Shown here piece by piece: positions 17,801 to 24,506 of a stretch of DNA of 26,020 nucleotides (position 1 is the first letter of the stretch; each line of letters opens with the position of its first letter). The notes below the pieces were generated by a model. The model made no database searches, was not told the origin of the DNA, and saw only the letters and a program-made list of their open reading frames with translations. The position numbers were made by a program, and so were the translations under genes. This DNA comes from an uncultured Eubacteriales bacterium (GTDB lineage: Bacteria > Bacillota_I > Bacilli_A > RF39 > UBA660). The stretch is taken from assembly GCA_900313345.1 (NCBI GenBank), contig OMQW01000052.1, positions 1 through 26,020 of the forward strand, given 5' to 3'.

Positions 17801-20800
17801 AAATTACTTGATATTAGTGATAGATATCCATTAATTACTAATAAGAAAGTAAATGATGTTAAAGAAGGATTAGTATCTGTTACTTATAATCATTTAAGTG
17901 TTAGAAAACTTTATAGTTTTGATAATAAAACTTGGAAAGATTATGATGGTAATATTATAGTTTCATTAGGAGAAACTTTATATGTAAAAGGTATTGATAA
18001 AGATGGAAATGATACTGACACTGTTATATATAAGATGGAAAAAGAAAAAGATGTATTGCAACCTGCTGCTTTTGATAATGATAGTGATACTAAAGTAAAT
18101 GCTAATTTACAAAAAGCATATATTTCAGAATCTATGCTTGGTGGAATATTAGATATTTATAATTTAAAAACTGGTTATGTAAGATTCTTTGATGAAAATA
18201 ATAAACAAATTAGTCAAGTTAATACAGTTATTGGATGGACTAAAGTAGGAGTTCCTACAAATGCTAAATATTTAGCTATTACTGGAACAGAATTATATGA
18301 AGTTGATCCTATTAAAATAGATAATAATGATTATCCAATTATTACAGAAAGTAATAAAGGTAAATGGGATTATACAAAAACTGTAGCAATTGATTATAAA
18401 GATAGTGACAATAAATATGTTCATGAATATAGTTTAGATAGTGTTAACTGGGATATTTATACTGAACCATTTATAGTTAATGATCAAGTAACAGTATATG
18501 CTAGAGAAACATTAGATGGTGCTTTAGTTTCATCAAGTAGTAAGGAATTACATTATATAGATAATACAGTTCCTACTATTGATTTAGATGATATTCCTGA
18601 TACATTTACTGAGGGTAGTAATTATCCAATGCCTAGTCATTTTGATTATGGTGAAGGTAAATCAGGTGGAAGTTATTCATGTTATATAGATGGAGTTTTA
18701 TCTGATAATGCTGCTGATGCTGATGATGGTGAAAGATTATTATCTTGTGAAATAAAGACAAATGATTTACAAGAATATAAAATTTCAAAGACAGTATTTG
18801 TTAAAGATAATCTTGAAAAATTTATTGTAACTGGTGATGTTCAAAAGTTCATTGCTCCTAAAGATGGTATTTATAAAGTTGAACTTTGGGGTGCCCAAGG
18901 TGGAACTGGTATGCAAGATAGTAGACTTATTAATAAAGGTGGAACTGGTGCTTATACTTCTGGTAATATTTCAATGAAAAAAGGAGAATCATTCTTCGTT
19001 TATGTAGGAGGAAGAGGATCTGATGGTCGTACTCAAGGCTGGTGCGTTGGTGGACATGGTGGATTTAACGGTGGTGCTCAAGGCGGAAATGATTATAACT
19101 GCGATGGAAATCCTGATGAAGGAGGCGGTGGCGGTGGTGCTACTGATATTCGTTTAGTTGATGGCGCTTTTGATAATTCTATTTCACTTGCTTCACGTAT
19201 TATGGTTGCCGCAGGTGGTGGTGGAGGAAATTATTCTGCTACTGGTGCAAATGGTGGTGCTTTGAGTGGAGATAGAGATGCTTCTGCTTCAGGACTTTCT
19301 ACACAAACTTCTGGTTATAAATTTGGTATTGGACAAGTTGGAGGTGATCAAACTGATGGTTCTGGAGGTGGTGGCGGTGGCTACTACGGAGGTACTGCTT
19401 ATCAAGGTTATGAACATGGAGGTAATGGTGGTTCATCATTTATATCTGGACATTTAGGTTCAGTTGCTATTAGTTCAGAAACTAACCTTAGTCCTAGAAT
19501 TGATTCTGAAGGTAACATTTGTCAAAATGGTTCTAAAGATATTCGTTGTTCTTACCATTATTCTAATTATATATTTACTAATACTGTTATGCATTCAGGT
19601 AGTGAAGAAATTCCTACTCATAATGGTGTTAGCACTCAAACTGGTAATACTGGGGATGGTTTTGCTAAAATAACTTTTGTTAAAGATTTAGATACACCTA
19701 TTATTAGATATAATAGAGATGAAAATTTATTAACAGAAAAAGGTGTTAAAGAAGCTAAAAAAACTGAAGTAAATATTCTTTATCCAGATAATACTTTAGG
19801 AAAATATAGTTTAGATAATAAGGAATGGTTAGATTATACTGATAAAGTAAAAGTTAATAATGGAAATACAATTTATGCTAAAGCTATTTACTTTGATAAT
19901 AGTGAAAGTAGTGTTGTTAGTTTAAATATTGAAAACTTTTTTGATACTATTAGTAGTAAAGCTTTTGATAATAATGATTCTACTAGTATAGATGTTAATA
20001 AATCTAGATTAAATTTAGATAGTTCTATATTAGGCGAAAGAATTGAATTAAAAGGTGATGGTAAAATATCTATTAAATTCTATGATAGTAATAATGCTGA
20101 AATAACTGATTATTCTAAAGAATTTAATAATGAGACTTATAATGAAGTTTTAGTTCCTCTTAATGCAGTTTATTTAATAGTTGATGGTGATAAATTAAGT
20201 GAAATTAGACCTAAATATCAACCTACTTTAGATCAATATGATAATAATGATTTATATCCAATTATTAATGGTAAAAAAGTTAATGAAGTAGATGAAATAA
20301 AAGTTCATATAACTTATAATCATCTAAGTGTTCAAAAACTTTATAGTACTGATAAAGAAAATTGGAAAGAGTATGATGGAAATTATGCAATAGTTAACTA
20401 TGGTGATACTTTATATGCTAAAGGTATAGATAAAGCTGGTAATGAAACTAAGATAGTTTCTATTAAACCAGAAAAAGCTAAAGATGCTCTTGATAGTTTA
20501 ACTTTTGATAACGATTCAGATACTAAGGCTGATATAAAAAATCAAAGATTAAATATTGGACATAAGTTACAAGGATCAACTATTGATATATATAATTTAA
20601 CACCTAGTGTTATAAAAGAAATGGATGAAAGTAATAAACTATTAGCAACATATAATACTGTTGTTGGTTGGGATAAGATAAATATTAATGAAAATACAAG
20701 CTTTATAATTATTACTGGAACTGAAGTTCACGAAATTAAAGGTGAAGGTAATATTTATGTTGAATATCCAAGAATTGTAGAATCTGATAATTCAAAATGG

Positions 20801-23800
20801 ACATCTACTAAGACAGTTACTATTAATTATCCATCAGATAGTTATAATCATGAATATAGTTTAGATGCAATTAACTGGAATGTTTATAATGATTCATTTA
20901 CTATAGATAATCAAGTTACTATTTATGCTAGAGAAACTGATAATAATGGTAATATTATTTCTACAAGTAGTAAGAAAATATATTATGTTGATAATACCGT
21001 TCCTACTATTACAATGGGTGATTTACCAGAAAGTATAACCAAAGGTGATTATAATAAAATTATTTATACAACAAATGTTATCAATGAGAAGTCTAGTGGT
21101 TATGTATTATGTATTAACAATGGTGTAGATGTTAATAATACATCTGAACTTGAAGTTGGTGATAATACTATTACTTGTACAGCTTATACGAATACAGGAA
21201 GAAGCTTTAGTACTTCTAAAACTGTTAATGTTATTGATGAAGTTTATTCTTCTGAAGATAATTTAAAAACAACTACTTTTGAATATACTGGTAGTGAACA
21301 AGTATTTACTGCACCAATTTCTGGTACTTATAGAATTGAACTTTGGGGAGCTTCTGGTGGTTCTGGTTTAACTGATGGAAGAATTAATATTCCAGGTGGT
21401 AAAGGGGCTTATACTAAAGGTGAAATTAAATTAAATGCTGGAGATAAATTATATATTTATGTCGGTGGTAAAGGTACTAACGGAACTTATAGAACTGTTG
21501 TAAAAGGCGGTTATAACGGTGGCGGAACAGGTGAGTGGGATCATAATGATGATGAAGCTTCTGGTTCTGGTGGTGGAGCTACTGATGTTAGAACTATTAA
21601 TGGTAATTGGAATAACGATGCAGGTTTAAGTTCAAGAATTATGGTTGCCGCTGGTGGTGGTGGATCTTGTGATTCTGAAAAAGGTACTGCTGGTGGAACT
21701 TTAACTAGTAAAAATACTATTGAATCTAAAGGTGCTACTCAAACAACTGGTTATAAATTTGGTATGGGATATAATGGAACTTATAAATCATATAACCAAG
21801 ATGCTGCTGGTGCTGGTGGTGGTTACTATGGTGGTAATGGTATAACTCATTATTATAATAATGCTGGTACAGGTGGTTCATCATTTATATCTGGTTATCT
21901 TGGATCTGTTGCAGTAATGTCTAAAGATAATATAGGTCCTAGATATGATTCTAATCATGAAATATGTGCTGATGGTACTAATGATTTATCTTGTAGTTAT
22001 CATTACTCAGGTTATAGTTTTAAAAATAGTGTAATGATTGATGGAGATAGCGTTATGCCTACACACGATTCAAAAGAAGAAATGACTGGTAATACTGGTG
22101 ATGGTTATGCTAAAATCTCACTTCTTACTGATTCAACACCAAAGATTCCTGAGGTTAAAGTTTATAATACTTTAACTGAGAAAGGTGTTAATGAAATAAA
22201 TAGTGCTAAAGTTAAAGTTAATTATTTATCTACTGTTATTAAAAAACTATATAGTTTAGATAATGTTAACTTTATAGATTATACTGGTGCTGTTACATTA
22301 AATATTGGTGATACTATTTATGCTAAAGCTGTTGATTTTGATGGAAGTGAAACTGAAGTAGCTAGTTATACTTTAACAAGACCAAAAAATGCTATTACAT
22401 CAAATACTTTTGATAATAATGAAGAAACTTTTGATGAAGCTAATGAATATAGATTAAATGTTGATAAATCTATATATAATGAGTATATAAAAGTAAAAAC
22501 CAGTAGTAATTTAACTATTAAGTTATTTGATAAAGAAAATAATGTTTTGCCTCATGGAACTATTAACCTTAGTGGTCTAGGTTGGCATGATGTTAAAATA
22601 TTAGATAATACTTCTTATATAACATTTAATGGTGGAAATGTTTATGAAATTAGTCCTAAATATGAACCTGTTATAGAGTTAAAAGATATTAAAGATTTAT
22701 ATCCTCATTTAACAAAAGATGGAATAAAAGACAATAAAAAAGTTCACTTTAATATAAGATATAATCATGTTTCTTTAAATAATACTTATAGTAATGATAA
22801 TAATAATTATGTTAAATATGAAGATGAAGCTGTTGTTAATTTAGGAGAAACACTTTATGCTAAAGGAACTGATGCAAATGGTAATTTTGGACCAGTTACT
22901 ACATACGAAGCTTTAAAAGCTAGCGATGCACTAGATACTAAAGCATTTGATAATGATACTTTAAGTTCTATAGATGCAAGTAGTGGAATGAAAGTTTATA
23001 CTGATGTTAGTTCAATTGGAGCTATACTTGATATTTATAATTTAGAAAATGGTAATATCAAGTTCTATAATAGTGAAGATAAATTATTAAAGAATTATGA
23101 TACTATAGTTGGATGGAATAAAGTTACTGTTGTTGATGGTAGTAGTTACTTTGTAGTTACTAGTAAAGAATTAAATGAAATTAAAATTACTGATGTTAAT
23201 TATGAAGCTTATCCAATTATAGGTGAAACTGATAAAGGTAAATGGACTATAAGTAAATCAGTTGTTATAGAATATCCTAATAGTGATGCAGTACATGAAT
23301 ATAGTTTAGATGCAATTAACTGGAATACTTATACTGAAAGTATTACACTTGAAGATCAAGCTACAGTTTATGCTAGGGAAGTAATTGATAATAAGATTAT
23401 TTCTACAAGTAGTAAAGAAATTCACTTTATTGATAATACTGTTCCTAAGATAGATGGATCATTGATTCCTAATGAAATAGAAGAAGATGATTATTATGTA
23501 ATACCTAGTAGTTATTACGTAGATAATAACAAATCTGGTGGGTCTATTAAATGTACTATGGATGATGACAGTACTGAAAAATACGATACTTTAGATTTAA
23601 ATGTTGGTACACATACTTATTATTGTACGGTTACAACAGGTGCTGGAAAAACATATAGTATTAGTAATAATATCGAAGTTAAAGAAAAAAATGAAGAGAA
23701 TGTTACTAAATTTAATTATACTGGTAAGGAGGTAGCTTATGCTATTCCTTCTACTGGTAAATATAAAATTGAAGCTTGGGGAGCTCAAGGAGGAGATGCA

Positions 23801-24505
23801 ACTACTACTTATATAGGTGGTTATGGTGGATACTCTACTGGTGAAGTTAACTTAAATGCTAATGATATTCTTTATATCAATGTAGGTGGTCAAGGAAAAT
23901 CTGGATCTCAAACTGCTCTTGATGGTGGTTATAATGGTGGAGGATCAGTTAGCTATGCTAATGTAAATCATGTATATGGTTCTGGTGGAGGAGCTACATC
24001 TATATCTCTTTCTTCTGGACTTCTTGAAAATCTTTCTAATAATATTGATGATATTTTAATGGTTGCTGGAGGTGGCGGCGGAGGTAGATTCCAAGAAAAC
24101 TATCTAGAAGGTTGCTATGGCTACGGCGGATCTGGTGGTGGTTTTGAAGGTGTAACACCTAATGGTGGTGGAAAATCTCTTGAAATTGCTATTCCTGGAT
24201 CTCAAACATTAAATACTGATTCTAAATATAATGGTAAATTTGGTAAAGGCGGATCTTATGCTGGAAATGCTGCTGGTGGAGGTGGATTCTACGGTGGTAG
24301 TGCTGTTAACGGACCTGGTGCTGGTGGATCTGGTTATATTGCTAATACTAAATTATCTAATAAATCGATGAGTTGTTATAACTGTAAAGAAAGTACTGAT
24401 ATTAATACTAAAACTATTTCTGTTAATGCTTTCTCCGAAAAAAATATTTCAGGTATTGCCAAAAAGGGTAATGGATATGTTAAAATAACTTATATAGGAG
24501 AATAA
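11873..24505 (+). CDS. Giant (4,210 aa) N-terminally anchored surface protein built from a beta-sandwich stalk plus three cassettes, each ending in an ALK/LTK-type glycine-rich domain
   Basis: A single uninterrupted ORF of 12,633 nt.

Anchor: a basic patch (NRRKK) precedes one TM helix (IIAIIVLILLLFFLLIFNVGDILVG, aa ~38-61, nt ~11984-12055), so the topology is N-in/C-out.

After the anchor come two Ig/FN3-like modules (DNIAPTI..., AIDNESGIKAYYYKLDDGEW). A D/K-rich linker follows at nt ~12581-12694.

Four copies of an Ig/HYR-like module with the pattern DNTVPTI...KSGG...C...C lie at nt 12695-12940, 18560-18817, 20990-21268 and 23432-23698.

About 22 modules have the pattern (K)LYS.D...W.(D/E)Y.G.F.....DT(I/L)YAKA.D..G.E, like the chitobiase/hexosaminidase C-terminal-type Ig fold. 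There are eight discoidin-like modules and three Gly-rich domains.

I saw no LPXTG, SLH or choline-binding motif. The protein ends ...GNGYVKITYIGE. Confidence 0.9.
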   Translation: MEKLNEILKKIITRYTIKENKNNKITKEENDENRRKKIIAIIVLILLLFFLLIFNVGDILVGRPTRPVLNKPGNDWYNEKVIGIEKDSIAKKKIDHYLYCITDKNSIDGCKWEITKTKNVNVITNGINYVFFKAVDSDGNIGDPSSPVVVKIDNIAPTINSIIRENLKNSIKVSVDAIDNESGIKAYYYKLDDGEWVKGDKDFEFKNLEENKEYNISIRVVDNAGNIKELSLTATTDNSGKTTFDLDDNKNNKAKADDKDKTKDNETKEEPDLTIPSVSLDGIPNEFYYGEDYKIPTNYKFGKSGGKLTCYIDSKETNLTSTKTLLLLKHTIKCDAKGNNGLIASASKEINIKPKEIDEDKEWDGWITMNLKYPENSIKWQWKLDDSAIEQDHREFEDYTGPITVRLNDVEHVLISYEIDGEGFKEYPGTTEPYTYIWADDYSLNSTDKTKVYISYSRNSDKREYKINDGKWQEYKGAFEASADSNIQSRATNIDEIVTADGTKTIKKRSAYDSIYISYDKRLTRDPLSIKIYFDNNSIQLNEETNARLIYTDGAKKIVYSINGGVYTDYTGPFKVKALDNVTAIVYKDINYYNSDGEIVNTKELSASASKDVDVTNYELEDFDFSINAPYSLEENKTSKVSINAPEDSEKILYSINGSDYSEYDKEFEVSADTLVTAMVTKKVKLLDNDGNTIDIISKTKTKSKYIKLKEIEPPIEDEIDGPNIYENPDSLVEEATISMDTFYPSESIWYKEGYYGRYTKYNGEFKVSNNETIYAYYIRKEDGLKSKVSSFKVSNIKKPYLPYIRFESDHDLNTITDNENITVISKDADTVKYSFDNVQFIDYTSPINIDHNCTIYVKAENNYGDTVENLSITNIGNSNPPAIIKNLDVFITSDPTKEEVKGLVNKTNISISFDNDATEKLYSLDGYTFIPYEGPFELKENTTIIAVARGENAFGSAKLKIDFLTTGIAKPDIIPNTKQKAYSVDIDIDYDKTAVKKYYKLNDDTYHEYTGTFTVTENNTLITAYNENALGQSAKSTYYVSNIVKQPSYEMVDKGDYFILKLNYPATTNSNTWEYKWTKDGKWKHYDTKYNLLLIKASAKEKYVNADGAIIEDEYGNKLTYTDHYYFVNDVTSDLAENLFMRWSNEQINEINIISNTKLPTNSVDIRIQFPTGDKYLYKIIDKNGKQTEWKKYNGVFTIKENNTTVLAKYFKQETGDSKIVSYKVTNIDETSPEVSGIADFESPIRKLNVTIKAVDDVEVETVGYAKGKHDVKFFEDDGKFIKNNGTFSVEENGFYTLYASDTVGHQVVKVIEITNIDKNAPDLYINLLDKNLSSKVRFTITGTAKDISYSVGNDTNYKKYNSGDEITLTSEECEKLFNSDGSLTIYAKGINEALNEATIHTNINNLDNNIFAAPVINNVAGYPILTEYGMKLDDYITISYDNNYDDLYNEYSVDGGETWLPYVGPFNSQSGNIVARSTRLESGLSKSNSKKINLPTDAIPYSSFDGDVNTKQNYPGTYKFLVDKTAWNSYLSIIETCHYYSGMTMYFYDDNNNLIKQETLNVEYSSSNNTEHIYLIPENTSYITIGTDHGFGTNAEVNEITLSNEPRFNVKKNYSKIINDGIIIGNNEISIDFYKTSVKYLYKINDGKWKNYTLGKILNIKNGDTLYAKGIDMFGVETRIISSVVSNVPDDCVPAAGTDNNSSTYYYSGYTQYKLIVDKSAFGKYIQVVYTDGKGGFTLRYYNLDDENFYTYDHENSGGSHAAISIIPSDAEYLKINGYSNWGIGYISDIKILSKPGIYNNNKYNSISDKGNKIVKNQIIGINYDSKSIKKLYSFDNKTWNDYTDKFTAKIGDTIYAKAIDADGVETEVSSYKVALSTNALNNNALDGNEKTYESVNGSRLNIDESMYGERINFKTNGNDTVKFFDKQGTEMTVYTTTVTGSGWHEVTVPQASKYMTFTSNYVYEVRPKFEPTIKLLDISDRYPLITNKKVNDVKEGLVSVTYNHLSVRKLYSFDNKTWKDYDGNIIVSLGETLYVKGIDKDGNDTDTVIYKMEKEKDVLQPAAFDNDSDTKVNANLQKAYISESMLGGILDIYNLKTGYVRFFDENNKQISQVNTVIGWTKVGVPTNAKYLAITGTELYEVDPIKIDNNDYPIITESNKGKWDYTKTVAIDYKDSDNKYVHEYSLDSVNWDIYTEPFIVNDQVTVYARETLDGALVSSSSKELHYIDNTVPTIDLDDIPDTFTEGSNYPMPSHFDYGEGKSGGSYSCYIDGVLSDNAADADDGERLLSCEIKTNDLQEYKISKTVFVKDNLEKFIVTGDVQKFIAPKDGIYKVELWGAQGGTGMQDSRLINKGGTGAYTSGNISMKKGESFFVYVGGRGSDGRTQGWCVGGHGGFNGGAQGGNDYNCDGNPDEGGGGGGATDIRLVDGAFDNSISLASRIMVAAGGGGGNYSATGANGGALSGDRDASASGLSTQTSGYKFGIGQVGGDQTDGSGGGGGGYYGGTAYQGYEHGGNGGSSFISGHLGSVAISSETNLSPRIDSEGNICQNGSKDIRCSYHYSNYIFTNTVMHSGSEEIPTHNGVSTQTGNTGDGFAKITFVKDLDTPIIRYNRDENLLTEKGVKEAKKTEVNILYPDNTLGKYSLDNKEWLDYTDKVKVNNGNTIYAKAIYFDNSESSVVSLNIENFFDTISSKAFDNNDSTSIDVNKSRLNLDSSILGERIELKGDGKISIKFYDSNNAEITDYSKEFNNETYNEVLVPLNAVYLIVDGDKLSEIRPKYQPTLDQYDNNDLYPIINGKKVNEVDEIKVHITYNHLSVQKLYSTDKENWKEYDGNYAIVNYGDTLYAKGIDKAGNETKIVSIKPEKAKDALDSLTFDNDSDTKADIKNQRLNIGHKLQGSTIDIYNLTPSVIKEMDESNKLLATYNTVVGWDKININENTSFIIITGTEVHEIKGEGNIYVEYPRIVESDNSKWTSTKTVTINYPSDSYNHEYSLDAINWNVYNDSFTIDNQVTIYARETDNNGNIISTSSKKIYYVDNTVPTITMGDLPESITKGDYNKIIYTTNVINEKSSGYVLCINNGVDVNNTSELEVGDNTITCTAYTNTGRSFSTSKTVNVIDEVYSSEDNLKTTTFEYTGSEQVFTAPISGTYRIELWGASGGSGLTDGRINIPGGKGAYTKGEIKLNAGDKLYIYVGGKGTNGTYRTVVKGGYNGGGTGEWDHNDDEASGSGGGATDVRTINGNWNNDAGLSSRIMVAAGGGGSCDSEKGTAGGTLTSKNTIESKGATQTTGYKFGMGYNGTYKSYNQDAAGAGGGYYGGNGITHYYNNAGTGGSSFISGYLGSVAVMSKDNIGPRYDSNHEICADGTNDLSCSYHYSGYSFKNSVMIDGDSVMPTHDSKEEMTGNTGDGYAKISLLTDSTPKIPEVKVYNTLTEKGVNEINSAKVKVNYLSTVIKKLYSLDNVNFIDYTGAVTLNIGDTIYAKAVDFDGSETEVASYTLTRPKNAITSNTFDNNEETFDEANEYRLNVDKSIYNEYIKVKTSSNLTIKLFDKENNVLPHGTINLSGLGWHDVKILDNTSYITFNGGNVYEISPKYEPVIELKDIKDLYPHLTKDGIKDNKKVHFNIRYNHVSLNNTYSNDNNNYVKYEDEAVVNLGETLYAKGTDANGNFGPVTTYEALKASDALDTKAFDNDTLSSIDASSGMKVYTDVSSIGAILDIYNLENGNIKFYNSEDKLLKNYDTIVGWNKVTVVDGSSYFVVTSKELNEIKITDVNYEAYPIIGETDKGKWTISKSVVIEYPNSDAVHEYSLDAINWNTYTESITLEDQATVYAREVIDNKIISTSSKEIHFIDNTVPKIDGSLIPNEIEEDDYYVIPSSYYVDNNKSGGSIKCTMDDDSTEKYDTLDLNVGTHTYYCTVTTGAGKTYSISNNIEVKEKNEENVTKFNYTGKEVAYAIPSTGKYKIEAWGAQGGDATTTYIGGYGGYSTGEVNLNANDILYINVGGQGKSGSQTALDGGYNGGGSVSYANVNHVYGSGGGATSISLSSGLLENLSNNIDDILMVAGGGGGGRFQENYLEGCYGYGGSGGGFEGVTPNGGGKSLEIAIPGSQTLNTDSKYNGKFGKGGSYAGNAAGGGGFYGGSAVNGPGAGGSGYIANTKLSNKSMSCYNCKESTDINTKTISVNAFSEKNISGIAKKGNGYVKITYIGE
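17261..19690 (+). repeat. Cassette copy 1 of the triplicated seven-domain super-repeat (aa ~1797-2606)
   Basis: The domain order is as follows. Ig-A (KKLYSFDNKTWNDY..DTIYAKAIDADGVETE). Discoidin-like 1 (ALDGNEKT...YVYEVRPK). Ig-B (YNHLSVRKLYSFDNKTWKDY...TLYVKGIDKDGN). Discoidin-like 2 (AFDNDSDT...ELYEVDP). Ig-C (HEYSLDSVNWDIY...VTVYARE). HYR-like (DNTVPTIDLDD...). Gly-rich domain. Confidence 0.85.
18818..19681 (+). other. Glycine-rich domain 1 (ALK/LTK-type Gly_rich-like), aa ~2316-2603
   Basis: KFIVTGDVQKFIAPKDGIYKVELWGAQGGTG ... GGTGAYTSG ... FVYVGGRG ... GGFNGG ... EGGGGGGATDIRL ... SRIMVAAGGGGGNY ... SGYKFGIG ... GSGGGGGGYYGGTA ... GGNGGSSFISGHLG ... ICQNGSKDIRCSYHY ... TGNTGDGFAKITF. 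Confidence 0.75.
19691..22132 (+). repeat. Cassette copy 2 (aa ~2607-3420)
   Basis: It has the same seven-domain order as copy 1: KYSLDNKEWLDY..NTIYAKAIYFDN; AFDNNDST...LSEIRPK; YNHLSVQKLYSTDKENWKEY..DTLYAKGIDKAGNE; TFDNDSDT...EVHEIKG; HEYSLDAINWNVY..VTIYARE; DNTVPTITMGD; Gly-rich domain. Confidence 0.85.
21269..22129 (+). other. Glycine-rich domain 2, aa ~3133-3419
   Basis: TFEYTGSEQVFTAPISGTYRIELWGASGGSG ... GGKGAYTKG ... YIYVGGKG ... GGYNGGG ... GSGGGATDVRT ... SRIMVAAGGGGS ... TGYKFGMG ... AGAGGGYYGGNG ... GTGGSSFISGYLG ... ICADGTNDLSCSYHY ... TGNTGDGYAKISL. Confidence 0.75.
22133..24502 (+). repeat. Cassette copy 3 (aa ~3421-4210, C-terminal)
   Basis: It has the same order again: KKLYSLDNVNFIDY..DTIYAKAVDFDGSETE; TFDNNEET...VYEISPK; YNHVSLNNTYSNDNNNYVKY..ETLYAKGTDANGN; AFDNDTLS...ELNEIK; HEYSLDAINWNTY..ATVYARE; DNTVPKIDGS; Gly-rich domain. 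This last domain ends the protein. Confidence 0.85.
23699..24502 (+). other. Glycine-rich domain 3 (most diverged copy), aa ~3943-4210
   Basis: KFNYTGKEVAYAIPSTGKYKIEAWGAQGGD ... GGYGGYSTG ... YINVGGQG ... GGYNGGG ... GSGGGATSISL ... ILMVAGGGGGGR ... GKFGKGG ... AAGGGGFYGGSA ... GAGGSGYIAN ... SCYNCKES ... KKGNGYVKITY. Confidence 0.7.
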
Positions 24506-24506
24506 T

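Noticed and set aside
18818-24502. Gly-rich segments as RTX beta-roll, collagen-like, PE-PGRS-like or simple low-complexity linkers
   Set aside because: I saw no tandem GGxGxDxUx nonapeptides, no GXY triplet periodicity and no short tandem repeat unit. Instead a fixed, non-periodic series of motifs is conserved across three ~280-aa copies, with interspersed hydrophobic strands and a Cys pair. That indicates a folded domain.
11873-24505. Giant ORF as an assembly artefact (collapsed or expanded repeats) or a pseudogene
   Set aside because: The three cassettes differ at many positions, so they are not the identical copies expected from misassembly. The frame is uninterrupted for 4,210 codons, and proper promoter, RBS and terminator signals flank it. 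Long reads would still be needed to confirm it.
24400-24505. C-terminal cell-wall sorting signal (LPXTG plus hydrophobic tail) on the giant protein
   Set aside because: The protein ends ...AKKGNGYVKITYIGE, directly after the third Gly-rich domain. There is no LPXTG-like motif, hydrophobic stretch or basic tail.
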